A stretch of 64,000 nt of DNA from Carcharhinus longimanus (Eukaryota). The notes beneath the pieces are model-generated. The model did no database searches and was not told the DNA's origin. It saw only the letters and a program-made list of their open reading frames with translations. This document shows positions 26,034-39,589 of the stretch, piece by piece; positions within the stretch are counted from its first letter, which is position 1, and every line of letters starts with the position of its first letter. Where the stretch lies: NCBI GenBank assembly GCA_030264375.1, contig JASCQW010000132.1:64086403-64150402 (forward strand), in the 5' to 3' direction. The translations under genes and the position numbers were made by a program.

Positions 26034-26164
26034 TTTATGTCATCCCCACTACTTGCCTTCAAACCTACTTTTGTGTCACCCGTAAACTTGGCAATAGTAC
26101 ATTCGCTTCCCTTGTCCAAGTCATTAATTATATATTGTAAGTAACTGTGGCTCCAGCAGTGATC

Positions 26165-26736
26165 TACAGAAGTTAGGTTACAACAATTGTGAAAACTAAC
26201 ATTCCATAATTGTCACAAAAAAACTCTGTCAAGTAATGGAACATGATTATTAGCCAAACATGGCCTGCAGTAGGTCTTCAGTAAGGCCAACACTGACGTA
26301 CGCAGGATAAGCAAGCGTATTTAAAACTTTGTTCCATAATTACTGCATTCCAGGCTAGGACGGCAGGATGAAAACAAAGAACAGGTTATCATGGCAATTA
26401 CTAAATAGCAAGGTTTGGGAACATATTATGCTAATGAAGGATTGGATTTCTATTGGATAAGAAAGGGCAAAAGGCTATGCTATGAATGGTGGGATACGTA
26501 TGTCAATGAAAGATGTGAAAAATCTCCTGTTCCTGATTTCCTGTAATTGACTATAACTGCTGACCTGTTTCTCTGTAAGGTCAGAAATGCTCCGACCATT
26601 CCGTGTTGGCCGTAGAGAGTTCTCCTTGCGCACAAGTAATTAAAGGCCTTGCATTGGATGTATGGTGTCCAGTGCTGTTTGTGTATGAAGTTGACTGAAT
26701 GCCTTTAGATTGCTGTCATTCAAGAGAACTCTAACA
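26165..26736 (+). mobile_element. Putative solo LTR (Gypsy-like) inserted in CR1
   Basis: ~570-bp non-CR1 insert ending ...ctctaaca with ATTGG boxes, ctataa and attaaa; CR1 joins across it (gtgatc / atccctgtg). Confidence 0.6.
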
Positions 26737-29688
26737 ATCCCTGTGACACTCCATTAGTTGTAGGTTGCCATCCTGAAAACGTCCCTCTTATTCCAATACT
26801 CTGTCTTCTATTAGTTAACTGATCCTCTATTCATGTTAATATGCTACTCTTGTAGAAGTTTATTACATCTACTGGTATCCCATTATCTTTCCTGATTGTT
26901 ATCACCTCAAAGGCATGATTTCCCCTTCATGAATCCATGCTGACTTGCTTGATTAGATCATGTATTTCTAAATGCTTTGCTATTGCACCCATTCTCACTG
27001 ACTCCAACATTTTCCTAATGACATATGTTACGATAACTGACCTTTAGTTACCTGTTTTTATNNNNNNNNNNGTCTCCCTTCCTTTTTGAATAAGGGTGTT
27101 ACATTAGGGGTTTTCCAATATTCTTGGATTTTTCCAAAGTTTAATGATTCTTGGAAGATTACTACTAGTGCATCCATTATTTCTGTAGCTACTTGTTTTA
27201 ATATTCTAGGATGTAACCCATCAGGTCCAGGGGACTTATTGGTCTTTAGCTCCATTAGTTTTCCTAGTACTTTTTCTCTACTGATATTGTTTTTATTTCT
27301 TCCTCCTCATTTTTGCTCCTTAATTATTTAGTAATTTTGAAATGCTATTAATGTCTGCTATTGTTAAGACGATGCAAAGTATTTGTTTAACTCCGGTGAG
27401 TGTGACATTTTCTGGCTCCCCATTATTATTTTCCCAGTCTCATTCTCTAAGGGGCCTATGTTCACTTTGGCCTCTCTCCCATTTTACATATTTAAAGAAG
27501 CTCTTATTGTCTATTTTAATGTTACTCGATAGTCCACCCTCATAGTTTATCTTCTGCCACTTCATAATTATTTTGATCATCTTTTGACTACTGGCCACAT
27601 AGATCAATGTTAGATGTGCATGATGGTTCACCATGCCCCCAATCATGTGACCGTGGCAATTGTTTCGTCCACTCTATTGCATCCTGAACTCTCATCTCAG
27701 GCACAGACATTGTCCTAGTTAAATTAGAAGGCTTCACAGTTTGCTTGGGTGACCTTTCACTGTCTTCTTAAATGTACAGCCACAGATTAAGAGCAGACCA
27801 CTTGATCAGAGTTAGCTGCAACTCATCCATTGTAAGAGCACACTGATATGTGATTTAAATTTGATGTGGGCAGGTGGTTCTGGTATGTAATGACACAATG
27901 ATATGCTCATGCATCCAAATTAAGTAACCGATATTTGACAGCAGGAAATATGGGCCACCACTAATGGGGGAGAGGTCAATCACTTTCGGGATTTACATCA
28001 CTGAGAGACCTGCCTTCTCACTCAATTTTCCAATTTCATCACCAAAGCCGCAGAATGGGCGCAGAAAATCCTGGCCACGTAGATATAGCTAACAAAGTCA
28101 AGCCACCTTTTTGTATGAACATCTTGTCTAAAATAAACCATTTTGTATTTTAATACTTGCTGCCAAACTATGAAAGATTTTAGTACAATAACCACCTGTA
28201 TTGTAAAGTAGCAAGAGAAGATTATCAGAAGAAATTAGTCTGTAATTGAAGAATACAGAAGTTAATAAGGTATACAGGTAGTTAATAAGGTTATATTTTA
28301 TTTATTGCTGTTTTTCTATATTCCTGTGTTAGAATCAAAGTCTAAGCCTTAAACATGCTGTGACAGCATTTCTGTGACAGGAACTTCCATAGTACAATGG
28401 GAAGCCTATTACATTTTGCACTGCATCTAATTAATAAGGAGTCTACTCTGTATTGAATTAAGTAATCCATTGTATTATTTTTACAGCCATGTGTATAGAC
28501 AGACAAAACCAATTAAATTAACCCTTATTGATCAGTTGGCTGCTAACAACAACTTTGGATCAAGGTGGGATGATGCCAAAATTAGCTATAAAAAGGTTTT
28601 GTATAAAAAGGGTTTCAAGAACAATCTTGTTTGTGTACACAAAGAGAAGGGAAACTGGCTGCTTCCCAGGCTCTCTATATTTACATAATAGCTCTTCTAA
28701 CTTTTCCAGATGAAGTCCTGGATGAATAACTAGCAGTTCTAGTTTCAATGTGTTTATAATTCTGATGCAGAGGGAAAGGAATCCTTGACCACATCATCTG
28801 CTGTTGAATCCACACAAACAACAGTCACATAAAACCCTAGTTTGAATAGCATCCTGCTTATGGCTCAATATTGCCTTTTATCATTCATAATACAGAAATC
28901 ATCAGCTTCAACTTGGCACTCGGTCACTGTCGTAAGGCCTGTATGTTGCTAAGATCTCCCCCCTTGATGAAATTAATTGGCCAATGATCAGAACATTCCC
29001 AAGTACATCAAACACAATAATTCAAGAACAAATACATGCCATGTCTTTTGGAGCAATAAAGATCTGCTGCTGGTTTCAATGGTTAAAACTATAATCGGAG
29101 TATGAAAGCGGCAACAGATAATCTGCCAAGTTCAGAAACTTGCTATTTAGCAATGGACTGAGTGAATCAAGCTTGACAAAGCCTGGAATGCAATTTGCAT
29201 CTTTCTGCCAAAGATGCAGTGAAACAATTTATCAGGCTATTAAGAAGCATTCTCAAATGTCACCATGATGATTTTGAAGATTAATTTCAATCAGCTGCTA
29301 ATTCTTCACTAAGTGAATTTGGAAAAAAAAACAATCAGTTATCATTTCCACATAGATTTTAGGACAATTTGCTATGACACAGATCTCTATATCATTTAAA
29401 GGCAGAGCGATAAATTTAAACTTCCTTACTGTCCTGACAGGCAAGTGAACAGAAGTAAAGATCTTTAAAATTTAAATTAATTGGACTATATATGCTGATA
29501 TATTATGTTAATATTATAAATCTGCTCCTGTCATTAGATTAAATTATTGCTTTAACTTTGAAGCATTTTTCAGCATCATGGTGTACCTTTCAGAAGGTGG
29601 TCAGCCCAATATTTTTTGTTAATATTTATTATAGATGATGTCTACTGCTCTTTGCTCCCATCAACCTGAAATCAGTTGTTCTACCATT

Positions 29689-30053
29689 TCATAAAATCTC
29701 TACAGTGCAGAAGGAGGCCATTTGGTCCATCAAATCTGCACCAACTCTCTGACTGAGTATCTTATTCAGGCCCTCTCCCCCATCTTGTCCTTGTAACCCC
29801 ATATATTTACCATGGCTAATCCATCTAACTTACACATCTTGGGACACTGAGGGGAATTTCTTTTACTATGGACAATCCATCTAACCCACATATCTTTGGA
29901 CTGTTGGAGGAAACTGGAGCACGCGGAGGAAACCCACGCACTCAAGGCAAGACTGTGCAAACTCCACACAGGCAACCACCCAAGGCTGGACTTGAACCCG
30001 GGTTCTTGGTACTGTGAGGCAGCAGGGCTAACAACTGTGCCACCATGCCACCC
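29689..30053 (-). mobile_element. HE1-like tRNA SINE
   Basis: Same head and tail as the 16574 copy. Confidence 0.88.
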
Positions 30054-31512
30054 TGGAACTTTCATTTCGCTGAAGGTTGGTGCTGGAGTCATGACGGAGA
30101 TCAGTGGAACTGCAATAGTCTGTCCCAACTTCCTCCAGCAATCAGAACCTTTGAAGCAACAACCTAGGTATCTGACACAATCCGTTCTGCTCTAAGTTTC
30201 TAGCTGATGGATCTAAACTAGTTCTGTCTGATCAGTTGAGTATGTGGCATTGGGATTAATGCTGACAATACTACTTTTGAAATCTTACACTCTTTGAAGC
30301 CCTTCATTCCACCCATGCTTTATTATTTAGTTATGTTACTTGGTTAATGAGGTTTGGTGAGTTTCCTGCATTTTGCAGAAATATGTCCACCCATTCTTAC
30401 TTTCTGACTTTCATTTAATACACTGTGATATAATATGATCTCTTGTACAAATTTTGTGAAGCAATTGTAAAGTTGCAAAAGACAAAAATAAAAGGATATT
30501 CAAATTAATCATTTTTAGTCACTGATTTTATGCAAAGCTGATGCAGAAAATATATTTTTCAAAAATTGTTCTTTAAAACTTAATATGTGTGCTATATTTT
30601 AAAATCATAAAATTCATCATGGGAAACATTCTTTTAAATAACCTGAACCAAGTGACTAAATCATATTGCGTCTTCGGACTAACATCTTGCTAAATTAACT
30701 AATTCTACATTGACATTATGTGGAGGTGTGGTATAAAGCTATTATATGCATTGGAGAGACATGTCAGCCTGTAGTAATGATTAAGCAGCATTGTTTGTAT
30801 AGGTGGAGTTTTTAGGCAAAGGAGTACCAGGGTTTCCTGTTTTACAGTTTCACCTGTGAGGGATAAATTAACCTTTGGTACTGTTCCCATAATGAAAAAC
30901 ACCTAATTGTTTTGGAACTGTCTTCCTCATAGGATGAAAAATTACATTTGTGGATACTGCCAAGTTACGTGAACTAAATTGGAAAATTATTAGAAATAAG
31001 TCTCGCTTGTGTTATTAGATATGTGGATGTATTAATGCTTCACTAGTAGTACATTAAGCTACAGTTGTTTGCATAGTTTATAAAAATATCTGCATTTAAA
31101 TCTTTCAAATGATTTTTGATGTCAATGTGAATCATGAGCATAGGTGGGGCAACAATTCTTTGATCCAAAGAACTTGAGCAACGCAATACACAGAAATGGT
31201 TTGGCAATTTAGATTGTGATTATATCCTGGAATGATGCTTGAACTCTTGCTGGTTCAGAAGTACCCATGCTACCAGCTGGCCCAAACCACACTCGCTGAG
31301 ATAAGAGAACATCAAGACAGCTTGCACATGTTTCTCATGTATTACAATAATAACAATATAATGCATTCATACAGAGGTTTAATTTATAAGTATCCCTCAT
31401 CTACTAAGTAATTGTAAAAGGATGGAATGCTGAGCTAGGAGAAGAAGTGGACTTCCAGAGAATAGGACCAGGTTGGCTAAAAACTATCAAGGTGGAGTAA
31501 ACAAAAAGGAAT

Positions 31513-31985
31513 AGAACATAGAACATAGAACACTACAGCACAAACAGGCCCTTTGGCCCACAAGTTGCGCCGATCATATCCATACCTACCAGGCNNNNNN
31601 NNNNNNNNNNNNNNNNNNNNNNNNNNNNNNNNNNNNNNNNNNNNNNNNNNNNNNNNNNNNNNNNNNNNNNNNNNNNNNNNNNNNNNNNNNNNNNCTTCCT
31701 GCCTATGTCAGCGGTACCTATATAAACCACAACCTCCGGCTCCTCCCCCTCCCCTTTCAGGATGTCTGGGAAGCGTCCAGAGACATTCCGGATCCCATTC
31801 CAGGGAGGCAAACCACCATCCGCGACTCCCGTCTGTGTCCGCAAAAACGCCTGTCTGACCCCCTCACTATGGAGTCCCCTGTTAACACTGCCTTTCTCCT
31901 CTTTTCCTTACTTTTTTGAAGTACTGGGTCGGGCTCAGCTCCAGAGACCGGACACCACTGCCTCCCCCAGGTGAGCTGTCCTCCC
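31513..31985 (-). mobile_element. CR1 LINE: 3' tail (31513-31594) and ORF1 SGNH/esterase fragment (31695-31985) on either side of an N gap
   Basis: AVLTGDSIVRGSDRRFCGHRRESRMVVCLPG; ILKGEGEEPEVVVYIGT. Confidence 0.85.
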
Positions 31986-33599
31986 CAGAATGCACAGGAA
32001 GCCAGAATAAAATAATGCAATGGACGAGAGTAATAATCTAGAGATGTCAATTCAAATTCTCCATTTCCTTTGTTTGAACAGAAGGATTACAATTCCAAAG
32101 TACTCATTGGTTGTAAAGCACATTGAGACATCCAGTGGCTGTGAAAAGTGTCTTAGAAATGAAGTCTTTTTTCTTTTTCATGGTACTTTTGAGAATTTGA
32201 ATTCAGTTAGTTTATTTGAAAATTCAGAAATTTAAGAAACTGACATCGGTAAAAATGACCATAAAGGTGTTGTTTTTAAAGGCACCTGGTTTACTGATGT
32301 TTTTTAGGGAAACAAATTTGCCATCTTTACCTTGTGTGGCCTATGACCAATTCCACACCAATGTAGACCACTTCTATCTGCCGTCTGATTCTCTAATATA
32401 GCTTCATAAACCAATAAGAAGAAGGCTCACTGCCACCTTTTTATAGGGCAACGAGACATGGGTGGTAAGTTCCAGCCTTGCCAGTGATATCCATATCCTG
32501 GGAATAAACTTTTTGAAAAGGCTGAAGGGAACACGAAAGTCATTTTAATGGAGCTTGCAAAAGTAAAGTGGAGTAAGGGTATGGATATAGTTGTAGGGAA
32601 GGACAAGGATTCTGAATTGAATGCATTTTCAAGGATGAAAATCAGATACAAACGGGCAAAGATAGGAATTACAGGTGGGAAAAACTTAATGTGCAACAAA
32701 CTATTGAGAATTTCAGTTTGGACAGGTTGAGTTCATTGCAACCTTGATAAATAATGTGATAAAAACATAGATAAAGTTTACAGTGCCAAAGGGATTGAGG
32801 ACAGAACCAGAGTCTCGTTATACAGATTGAAGTGAACAATCATGGTGAAGGAGATGAGGGTTTAAAGTTGTCTTAGAGTCAAACAGAATGTCAAAGTTTC
32901 AGAGTTTTGATGTTAGGGCACTCATTAATTCATGTCCTTACTGACTCTTGAAAATGGAAGAGAGACTGGTAATGGAGAGATATGGGGGAATGAGCCCAAT
33001 AATTTATGTCCTCATGCACTGTCTTCAAACTGGGAGGGAACTGGTAGAATAACAGTGGCAGGGGCCTGGAATAATCTGCATCCCCAAATTCCAATGAGTT
33101 AAGATTTGTGAAGCTATTTGCGTGGCCATTCTCAGAATTTCTGTACACAGTCTGTTGAACAGAGCCAGTTAACTCAGGCAGCTAGAGAGCTGGCCTGTAG
33201 TTCAGAATAAGGCCAAGTGATGATTCAATTCCTGTTACAATTGAAGTAGGCATCCTATTCCTGAGTGTGGAAGACAAAGGCAAACTACCACTGGCAATTT
33301 AAAAAAAAAACTGAGCAAGGTCATAAAACCCCGCCAATGGTCTCATAGCCTTTCAGCTTCATGAACTAAGGCCTCTGGTTCTGCATCAGAGAATCTGGGA
33401 TGATGCTCCATGAGTAATATTCTTCCTTCCCTTAAAGACTTCCACAAATAATTCTACCAGCTGCTGAAAATTGAATGCATCTTGCTTTCTGAGAGGCAAG
33501 CTGTTTTTAAAAAGTGCAAGGTAGTTGCAAATCATCACATACACCTGCTTGCAGCCAGTCAGCAGCAGGTTTTGCACTGAGCTGCCCACCACAGTTGTC

Positions 33600-34035
33600 G
33601 ATAGAAGTAGGCAGCAGCTGGCAGATGCAGTACAATGTGCCTAAATGTGATGTTATACACTTCGGAGTGAAAAGCAGAAAGGAAGAGTGTCATTTAAATG
33701 GTGATATATTGGGAAGTGTGGATGTACAAAAGGATCTGGATGTCCTTGTACACCAGTCAATGAAAGTGGAGGGGCAGTTGCAGCATGTAATTAGGAAGGC
33801 AAATGGTATGTTGATCTTCATTGCAACAATGTTTGTATGCTGCCTACCTCACATATTCCTGCTCATGGGTCTGGTCAAATTTTTAACCAATAGATTTTTG
33901 TCAAGTAAGCATACTGAGGGACTTGGAGCAAAGGTGGGATAAATGGAGATGAGGTGCAGATCAAACTTGACCTAATTAAATGGCAAAGGCAGATTTGATG
34001 GGATAAAGGGATTATCATTGAACCTGATGTTCTTA
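33600..34035 (+). mobile_element. CR1 LINE fragment
   Basis: WQMQYNVPKCDVIHFG...KDLDVLVH...IRKANGML. Confidence 0.85.
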
Positions 34036-35907
34036 TGAGTGAAAACCATTCCTCTTTCATCAGGAATTGAAGAGCAGGATAACAAAATTCAGAATTATCT
34101 TTTGGGATGTCACTAAAACATTTACTTTGTGTTGGATATATGCTGGAGATATGGGTAATACCATTATTGCATGCAGTTTCTTTGCACCAGGGTGATGCAT
34201 TGAGATAGTGTGTGTTTCAGGCTCAAATGTGGCAGGTAACGTCAACATTCAACTTCTAAATTCAATTAGTTTTCTGCCAGTCAGCTCCACCAATGTTTCA
34301 GTTGAAAGAGGCAGTATGTAACTGGGTTGAATGGATCAGTAAATCCCATGGCCAATTGCTGCACGTAAATTGCACAATTCTGTAGGATTGATAACACACT
34401 CACAGAAAGAGAGCCATGTGCACTATTGTAAGGAATGAAAATTACAACACAGGAATAAGCCCTTTTGTCCTCCAAGCCTGCACCAACCATGCTGCCTGAC
34501 TGAAGCAAAACCCCCTACCCTTCCAGGGACCATATCCCTCCATCTCCATCCTTTCATGTATTTGTCAAGATGCCCCTTAAAAGTCACATGTATGAATGTA
34601 ACCTATTTGTTCTTATGGTATAAACATGGTGTGAAAGAAGGCAGAATGTATTGAAAATCTGTATTGCATTTCTTATCAAAGATAGTGTCAGTTCAATATG
34701 AAAACAATGTAAAATACTTTCAAATGGGATAGTTTTAGACCAGCAAAATAGAAACTCTATTACATTGCACAAGGCCACAAATGGACCTTTGGCCTCAAGT
34801 ATTTCTGTAAAGTAATTCTCTTTTCCAAAGTACAAAAAGTTATTATACACTGTCAGCAGTTTCAAGATTCATGTGATAGCTATAGACTTTTGTGGTTTAC
34901 AGTGCACATGGCCAGCTGCTGTGAACACCTGCAGAGCATTTTAGAATGAGTTCCCTTGATCTTATTTAGGAATCAATTGGATGGTTGACATAATTATTTT
35001 GTGGAGTGTATGCAAATTAGGAATTTTAAGCAAACAAAATCACAAATGAAAAATTAATCGATAATCTGGGAATCTTGTAACGCACCATGAGCTGTCGATA
35101 TGACAGAGAAAGCAAACTCCAATCTGATTGAAAACATCAAAATATAGTGATAGGTAAATATATTTGTATTTGTATTTATGAAACTAGCTATACTCTGTTA
35201 GAGAATTCATAGATGCAAATATTGACTAAGTAAGATTTTGGATGAAAAAGAGTGAGATGCATGTTACGTGACAGTGGCGCAAAGCTGCTTGAAGTGGAAA
35301 TACGGGGAAATATCAAAAATGCAAAATAACTAACTGCAGCAAAAGATAGACTTTTAGAATATCATTTTTAAAGTCAATATACATCACTATGTATGTGCAA
35401 ATTAGAATATTTAAAGTTATCATGAAGGGAAAAATGTATCCAAAACACAAAGTTTGTCTTCAAAAATCTTATAAGTGACCTCTGCTGTCTACATCACTAA
35501 TCTTCGTTAGTGCTGTAGGTCTTCACAACAATATGTCAGCCATTTGATTTAATTCTTACACTTTTAGAACTTCATGACTGTTTTCTTCATTGCCTTTAAT
35601 TATTTTCATAACAGGTTATTTCCTTCTGCCACTTGTTTATGCTGTTCTTTCTTTATAAGTTTCTCTTCCTGTCACAATCACAAGTACAGCTCTTGTCTTA
35701 TTGTTTCATATTTCAATCAGTGGTGATCAGAAAACAATTCCAATAAAATCATTGCCCTTTAATTATTACCTCTGCACAGCAATCTGGGATGCATTGTAAA
35801 ATGTCAGTTTTCCAACTGAAACCACTGGTTATCATTAAAACTTTAGATACAATGATTCAGATAACAGGCTCATTCATGATTACTCAAAATCCTGTATCAA
35901 AAATGCC

Positions 35908-36085
35908 AGCTAGAATTCTCTCGTCATTCACATCAGCTGGCACCAGCAGCACACTCCCATCCACAGGTTTCCTGCCAGTGTGGGGTAATGTCAATGCGAA
36001 TTGCCATTGATAGTGGCGGGACCAGAGAATCCCGCCACTAGCAAACTATACGCCACCTCCCACTGGGAGGCCAGAGAATCTCGCC
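35908..36085. mobile_element. Small Harbinger-type MITE; related copy at 50343-50480
   Basis: Ends agaattctc / gagaatctcgcc; shared internal ggaccagagaatccc. Confidence 0.65.
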
Positions 36086-36125
36086 AGTTGTATTTTGTTT
36101 TGGTGTACTTGGCAACCACAATATT

Positions 36126-36831
36126 GTGATGATAATACTGCAATTGAAATTGATTTTTGTTATATTTAAGAGGCATGTTTAAAAATTCAGCTTTATGCCA
36201 TTGGCAGTCAACATGTCTAGTGGGAATGCAACTCAGATGCTGGGAGAGCAGGCTAATTCCTTACTTTAGCCTTGCAAGTGATTATGTTAAGTGGAGTTAA
36301 TGGACTTTTATTTACTTAAGTTCCCCTGGGATTTCTGATTAAAGTGAATGACAGGGTCATGGGATGATATGGTTTATGTAGCAGAGAGAAAAGGCTTTTG
36401 CAGAAAGCAGTTTAGCTTGCATCTGAAGCCTGGTTAAAATTGGAATGATTTTTAAAGGCTTCTGCGATGGTATTTGTCTACACTTTTCAAGGCTGTCTAC
36501 ACTCATTATAGCAAGTGTAATTATGGTTGCTAATTATATTTAAAGAGGCATTTAAGTCCTGAAGGGAAATGTTGCTTATTTGGAACTGAAACAACGATAA
36601 GGTAGAAATTAAAGTTGCTTCCTTTTCATTTTAAATATTATTCAATGGTTAATAGTTAATTTGCTTCATGTGGTACAGTTATATTCAAACTATATGATTG
36701 AATAAAGTTTGTTTGTGGAATGAATGTGAAGTGAAGCACCCTATCCTCACATTTACGCCAAAACGGAAAAATTGTTGGCGTCCAGTTTGGCTTCATAATA
36801 TACTTTGGGGTTCTAGTCCAGGATTCAAACA
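36126..36831 (+). mobile_element. Putative Gypsy-like solo LTR
   Basis: TG...CA-bounded ~700-bp block (tgtgatg...caaaca) with aataaa at ~36701. Confidence 0.5.
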
Positions 36832-37764
36832 AGTGTAGAGAATTTGAGAAAATGAAACCAAGTAACAGTTGTAGCTACATCTTGATACTATGTGAATCTG
36901 TGGCGAAAAACTGCAGCAGGCGACGGTGCAGAGGGACCTCGGGGTCCTTGTGCATGAGTCGCAAAAACCCAGCCTNNNNNNNNNNNNNNNNNNNNNNNNN
37001 NNNNNNNNNNNNNNNNNNNNNNNNNNNNNNNNNNNNNNNNNNNNNNNNNNNNNNNNNNNNNNNNNNNNNNNNNNNNNNNNNNNNNNNNNNNNNNNNNNNN
37101 NNNNNNNNNNNNNNNNNNNNNNNNNNNNNNNNNNNNNNNNNNNNNNNNNNNNNNNNNNNNNNNNNNNNNNNNNNNNNNNNNNNNNNNNNNNNNNNNNNNN
37201 NNNNNNNNNNNNNNNNNNNNNNNNNNNNNNNNNNNNNNNNNNNNNNNNNNNNNNNNNNNNNNNNNNNNNNNNNNNNNNNNNNNNNNNNNNNNNNNNNNNN
37301 NNNNNNNNNNNNNNNNNNNNNNNNNNNNNNNNNNNNNNNNNNNNNNNNNNNNNNNNNNNNNNNNNNNNNNNNNNNNNNNNNNNNNNNNNNNNNNNNNNNN
37401 NNNNNNNNNNNNNNNNNNNNNNNNNNNNNNNNNNNNNNNNNNNNNNNNNNNNNNNNNNNNNNNNNNNNNNNNNNNNNNNNNNNNNNNNNNNNNNNNNNNN
37501 NNNNNNNNNNNNNNNNNNNNNNNNNNNNNNNNNNNNNNNNNNNNNNNNNNNNNNNNNNNNNNNNNNNNNNNNNNNNNNNNNNNNNNNNNNNNNNNNNNNN
37601 NNNNNNNNNNNNNGGGTGCTCTGGATTCCTCCTACATTCTGAAAGAGGTGCTGGTTAGGTGCACTGAACTGAACAGGTGCTGGATTATGGCAATTAGGGG
37701 AATTTCACAGTGACTTCATTGCATGGTTAATGTAAGCCTTACTTGTGACTAATAAATAAACTTT

Positions 37765-38380
37765 AAGTGTATCCTGATTGGTAGAGGCATTGTTATGGTG
37801 AATGAAACAGTTGATGGTGACTGACAGTTAATGGAGAATAATTGTTTGAAATTTAAATCAGGCAACTCGATTCTGATTGGTTAAGGCATTTTCCTGAGGA
37901 ATGAACCAGCAAATGACTGTCACTTATTTTGTTTAGCTGAAACAAGCACAATATGTGTACGTGATCTCTAATGTAAGGAAAACCCATGAATTGACATTTC
38001 TTGCTTCTAGTACATGCAAATGTGCCACACTCCAAGCACAACTGCCCATCTTAAATTGGTTGTCAAGATTATCCTTAGCACATTGAGGATTATTTAGCAA
38101 ATATTGTCCTATCGTGGAATCCCATCTAATGTTGGACACTGTGTTTTGAGTTTTGCAAGTACGGACAGACTGGATACAGTCTGTCCCTTGCCTGTTGTGT
38201 CTACTCTTAATCATTGACAGTGCCATCAAGAGGCATTTACTCAGCAAACCCTGTTCCATGATGTTCAGCTTGGGTTCCACTGGGAACACTCAGCTCCATA
38301 CCTCATACATCTTTAGTACAAATATACGAACAAGTCACAGGAATAAGCAAAACATGGGCAAAACAGTTGAATTCCAGAGG
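37765..38380 (-). mobile_element. Penelope-like element, GIY-YIG C-terminal region and 3' part
   Basis: IGQYLLNNPQCAK...FK...A.SVAHLHVLEA motif typical of the PLE endonuclease tail. Confidence 0.75.
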
Positions 38381-39530
38381 TGAGATATGAGTGACTGCAT
38401 TTGACATCAAGGCAGCATTTGACTCAGTATGGTACAAGGCAGCTCCAGCAAAATTGGAGTTACTGAGAATCAAGGGGAAAACTCCACTGATTGGAGTCAT
38501 ATCTAGAAGANNNNNNNNNNNNNNNNNNNNNNNNNNNNNNNNNNNNNNNNNNNNNNNNNNNNNNNNNNNNNNNNNNNNNNNNNNNNNNNNNNNNNNNNNN
38601 NNNNNNNNNNTCATGGAATGCCCTGCCTGCAGCAGTTGTGGACTCGCCAACTTTAAGGGCGTTCAAATGGTCAGTGGATAGGCATATAGTTAACATTGGA
38701 ATAGTTTAGGTTAGAGGGTTATTAGATTGGTTCCACTGGTCGGAGCAACATTGAGGGCCGAAGGGCCTGTACTGCGCTGTAATGTTCTATGTTCTAGGTC
38801 CACCTTTCTCCTCAGTGCTTTCCTCCAACATAAGATCAGAAGTGGGAAGATTTGCCGATGATTGTACAGTATTCCGCATCATCTGGCAACTCCTCAAAAA
38901 CCAAAACATGTTTTGTATGCAGCCACGCCTGAGCAACATTCAGGCTTGGGATGAAAGTCACAGAGCAGTGTTTGAGCCAAACAAATGTCAGACAAAGAAT
39001 ATTTCCAACAAGAGACAATTGAACTAGCTCCCTTTGACATTCAACAATATTAATGCTGCTGGATCCCTCAGCATTTCTACTTAACTGAATTCATACACTT
39101 CCAACAATACTCAAGAAGTTCAAAGACATCAAGAGCAAAGCAGACTACATGATTGGTATCCCCATATTAACAGCACTCGTGCACTCTGCTGCAGAAATAC
39201 CATCTACAAGGTGCACTGCAGCAACTTGCCAAAAATCCTTCAGCAACACCTTCAAAACCTGTGAACTCTATCACCTAGAAGGATAAGGGCACTAGGTGCT
39301 TGGGAATGCCACCACCACCTGCAAGTTTCCTCAATGCCACACATCATTCTAACTTGGAATTATACTGCTATTTCCTCAATGATGCTGCGTTTAAAACATG
39401 GAGCTTGCATTTCAATAGCACTTGAAGTCTATCTGGGCTGCGGTGCTACAAGAAGATGACTTACCAGTACTCTTTGAAGGGCAGTTATAGATGGGCAACA
39501 AGTAATGGTCACATTCCATGAACGAAATAA
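38380..39530 (+). mobile_element. Decayed CR1/L2-clade LINE with a nested CR1 3' end (38611-38795)
   Basis: FDIKAAFDSVW, FADDCTVF, FEPNKCQ peptides. Confidence 0.8.
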
Positions 39531-39589
39531 AGTGAAAAACAATCTAGAAATAGTTGGTTCCAAAAAACTAAGGGATCCATGTGTGTAGC

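Larger units (their letters stand above)
25170..27585 (-). mobile_element. CR1 LINE RT region interrupted by a MITE and a solo LTR
   Basis: KSPGPDGLHPRILK, NVTPLFKK, IAKFTGDTKVG, LQKNIDSLSEW peptides. Confidence 0.9.

Noticed and set aside
36852-37658. Long ORFs of 238-268 aa
   Set aside because: Almost entirely N gap; the same applies to other X-filled ORFs
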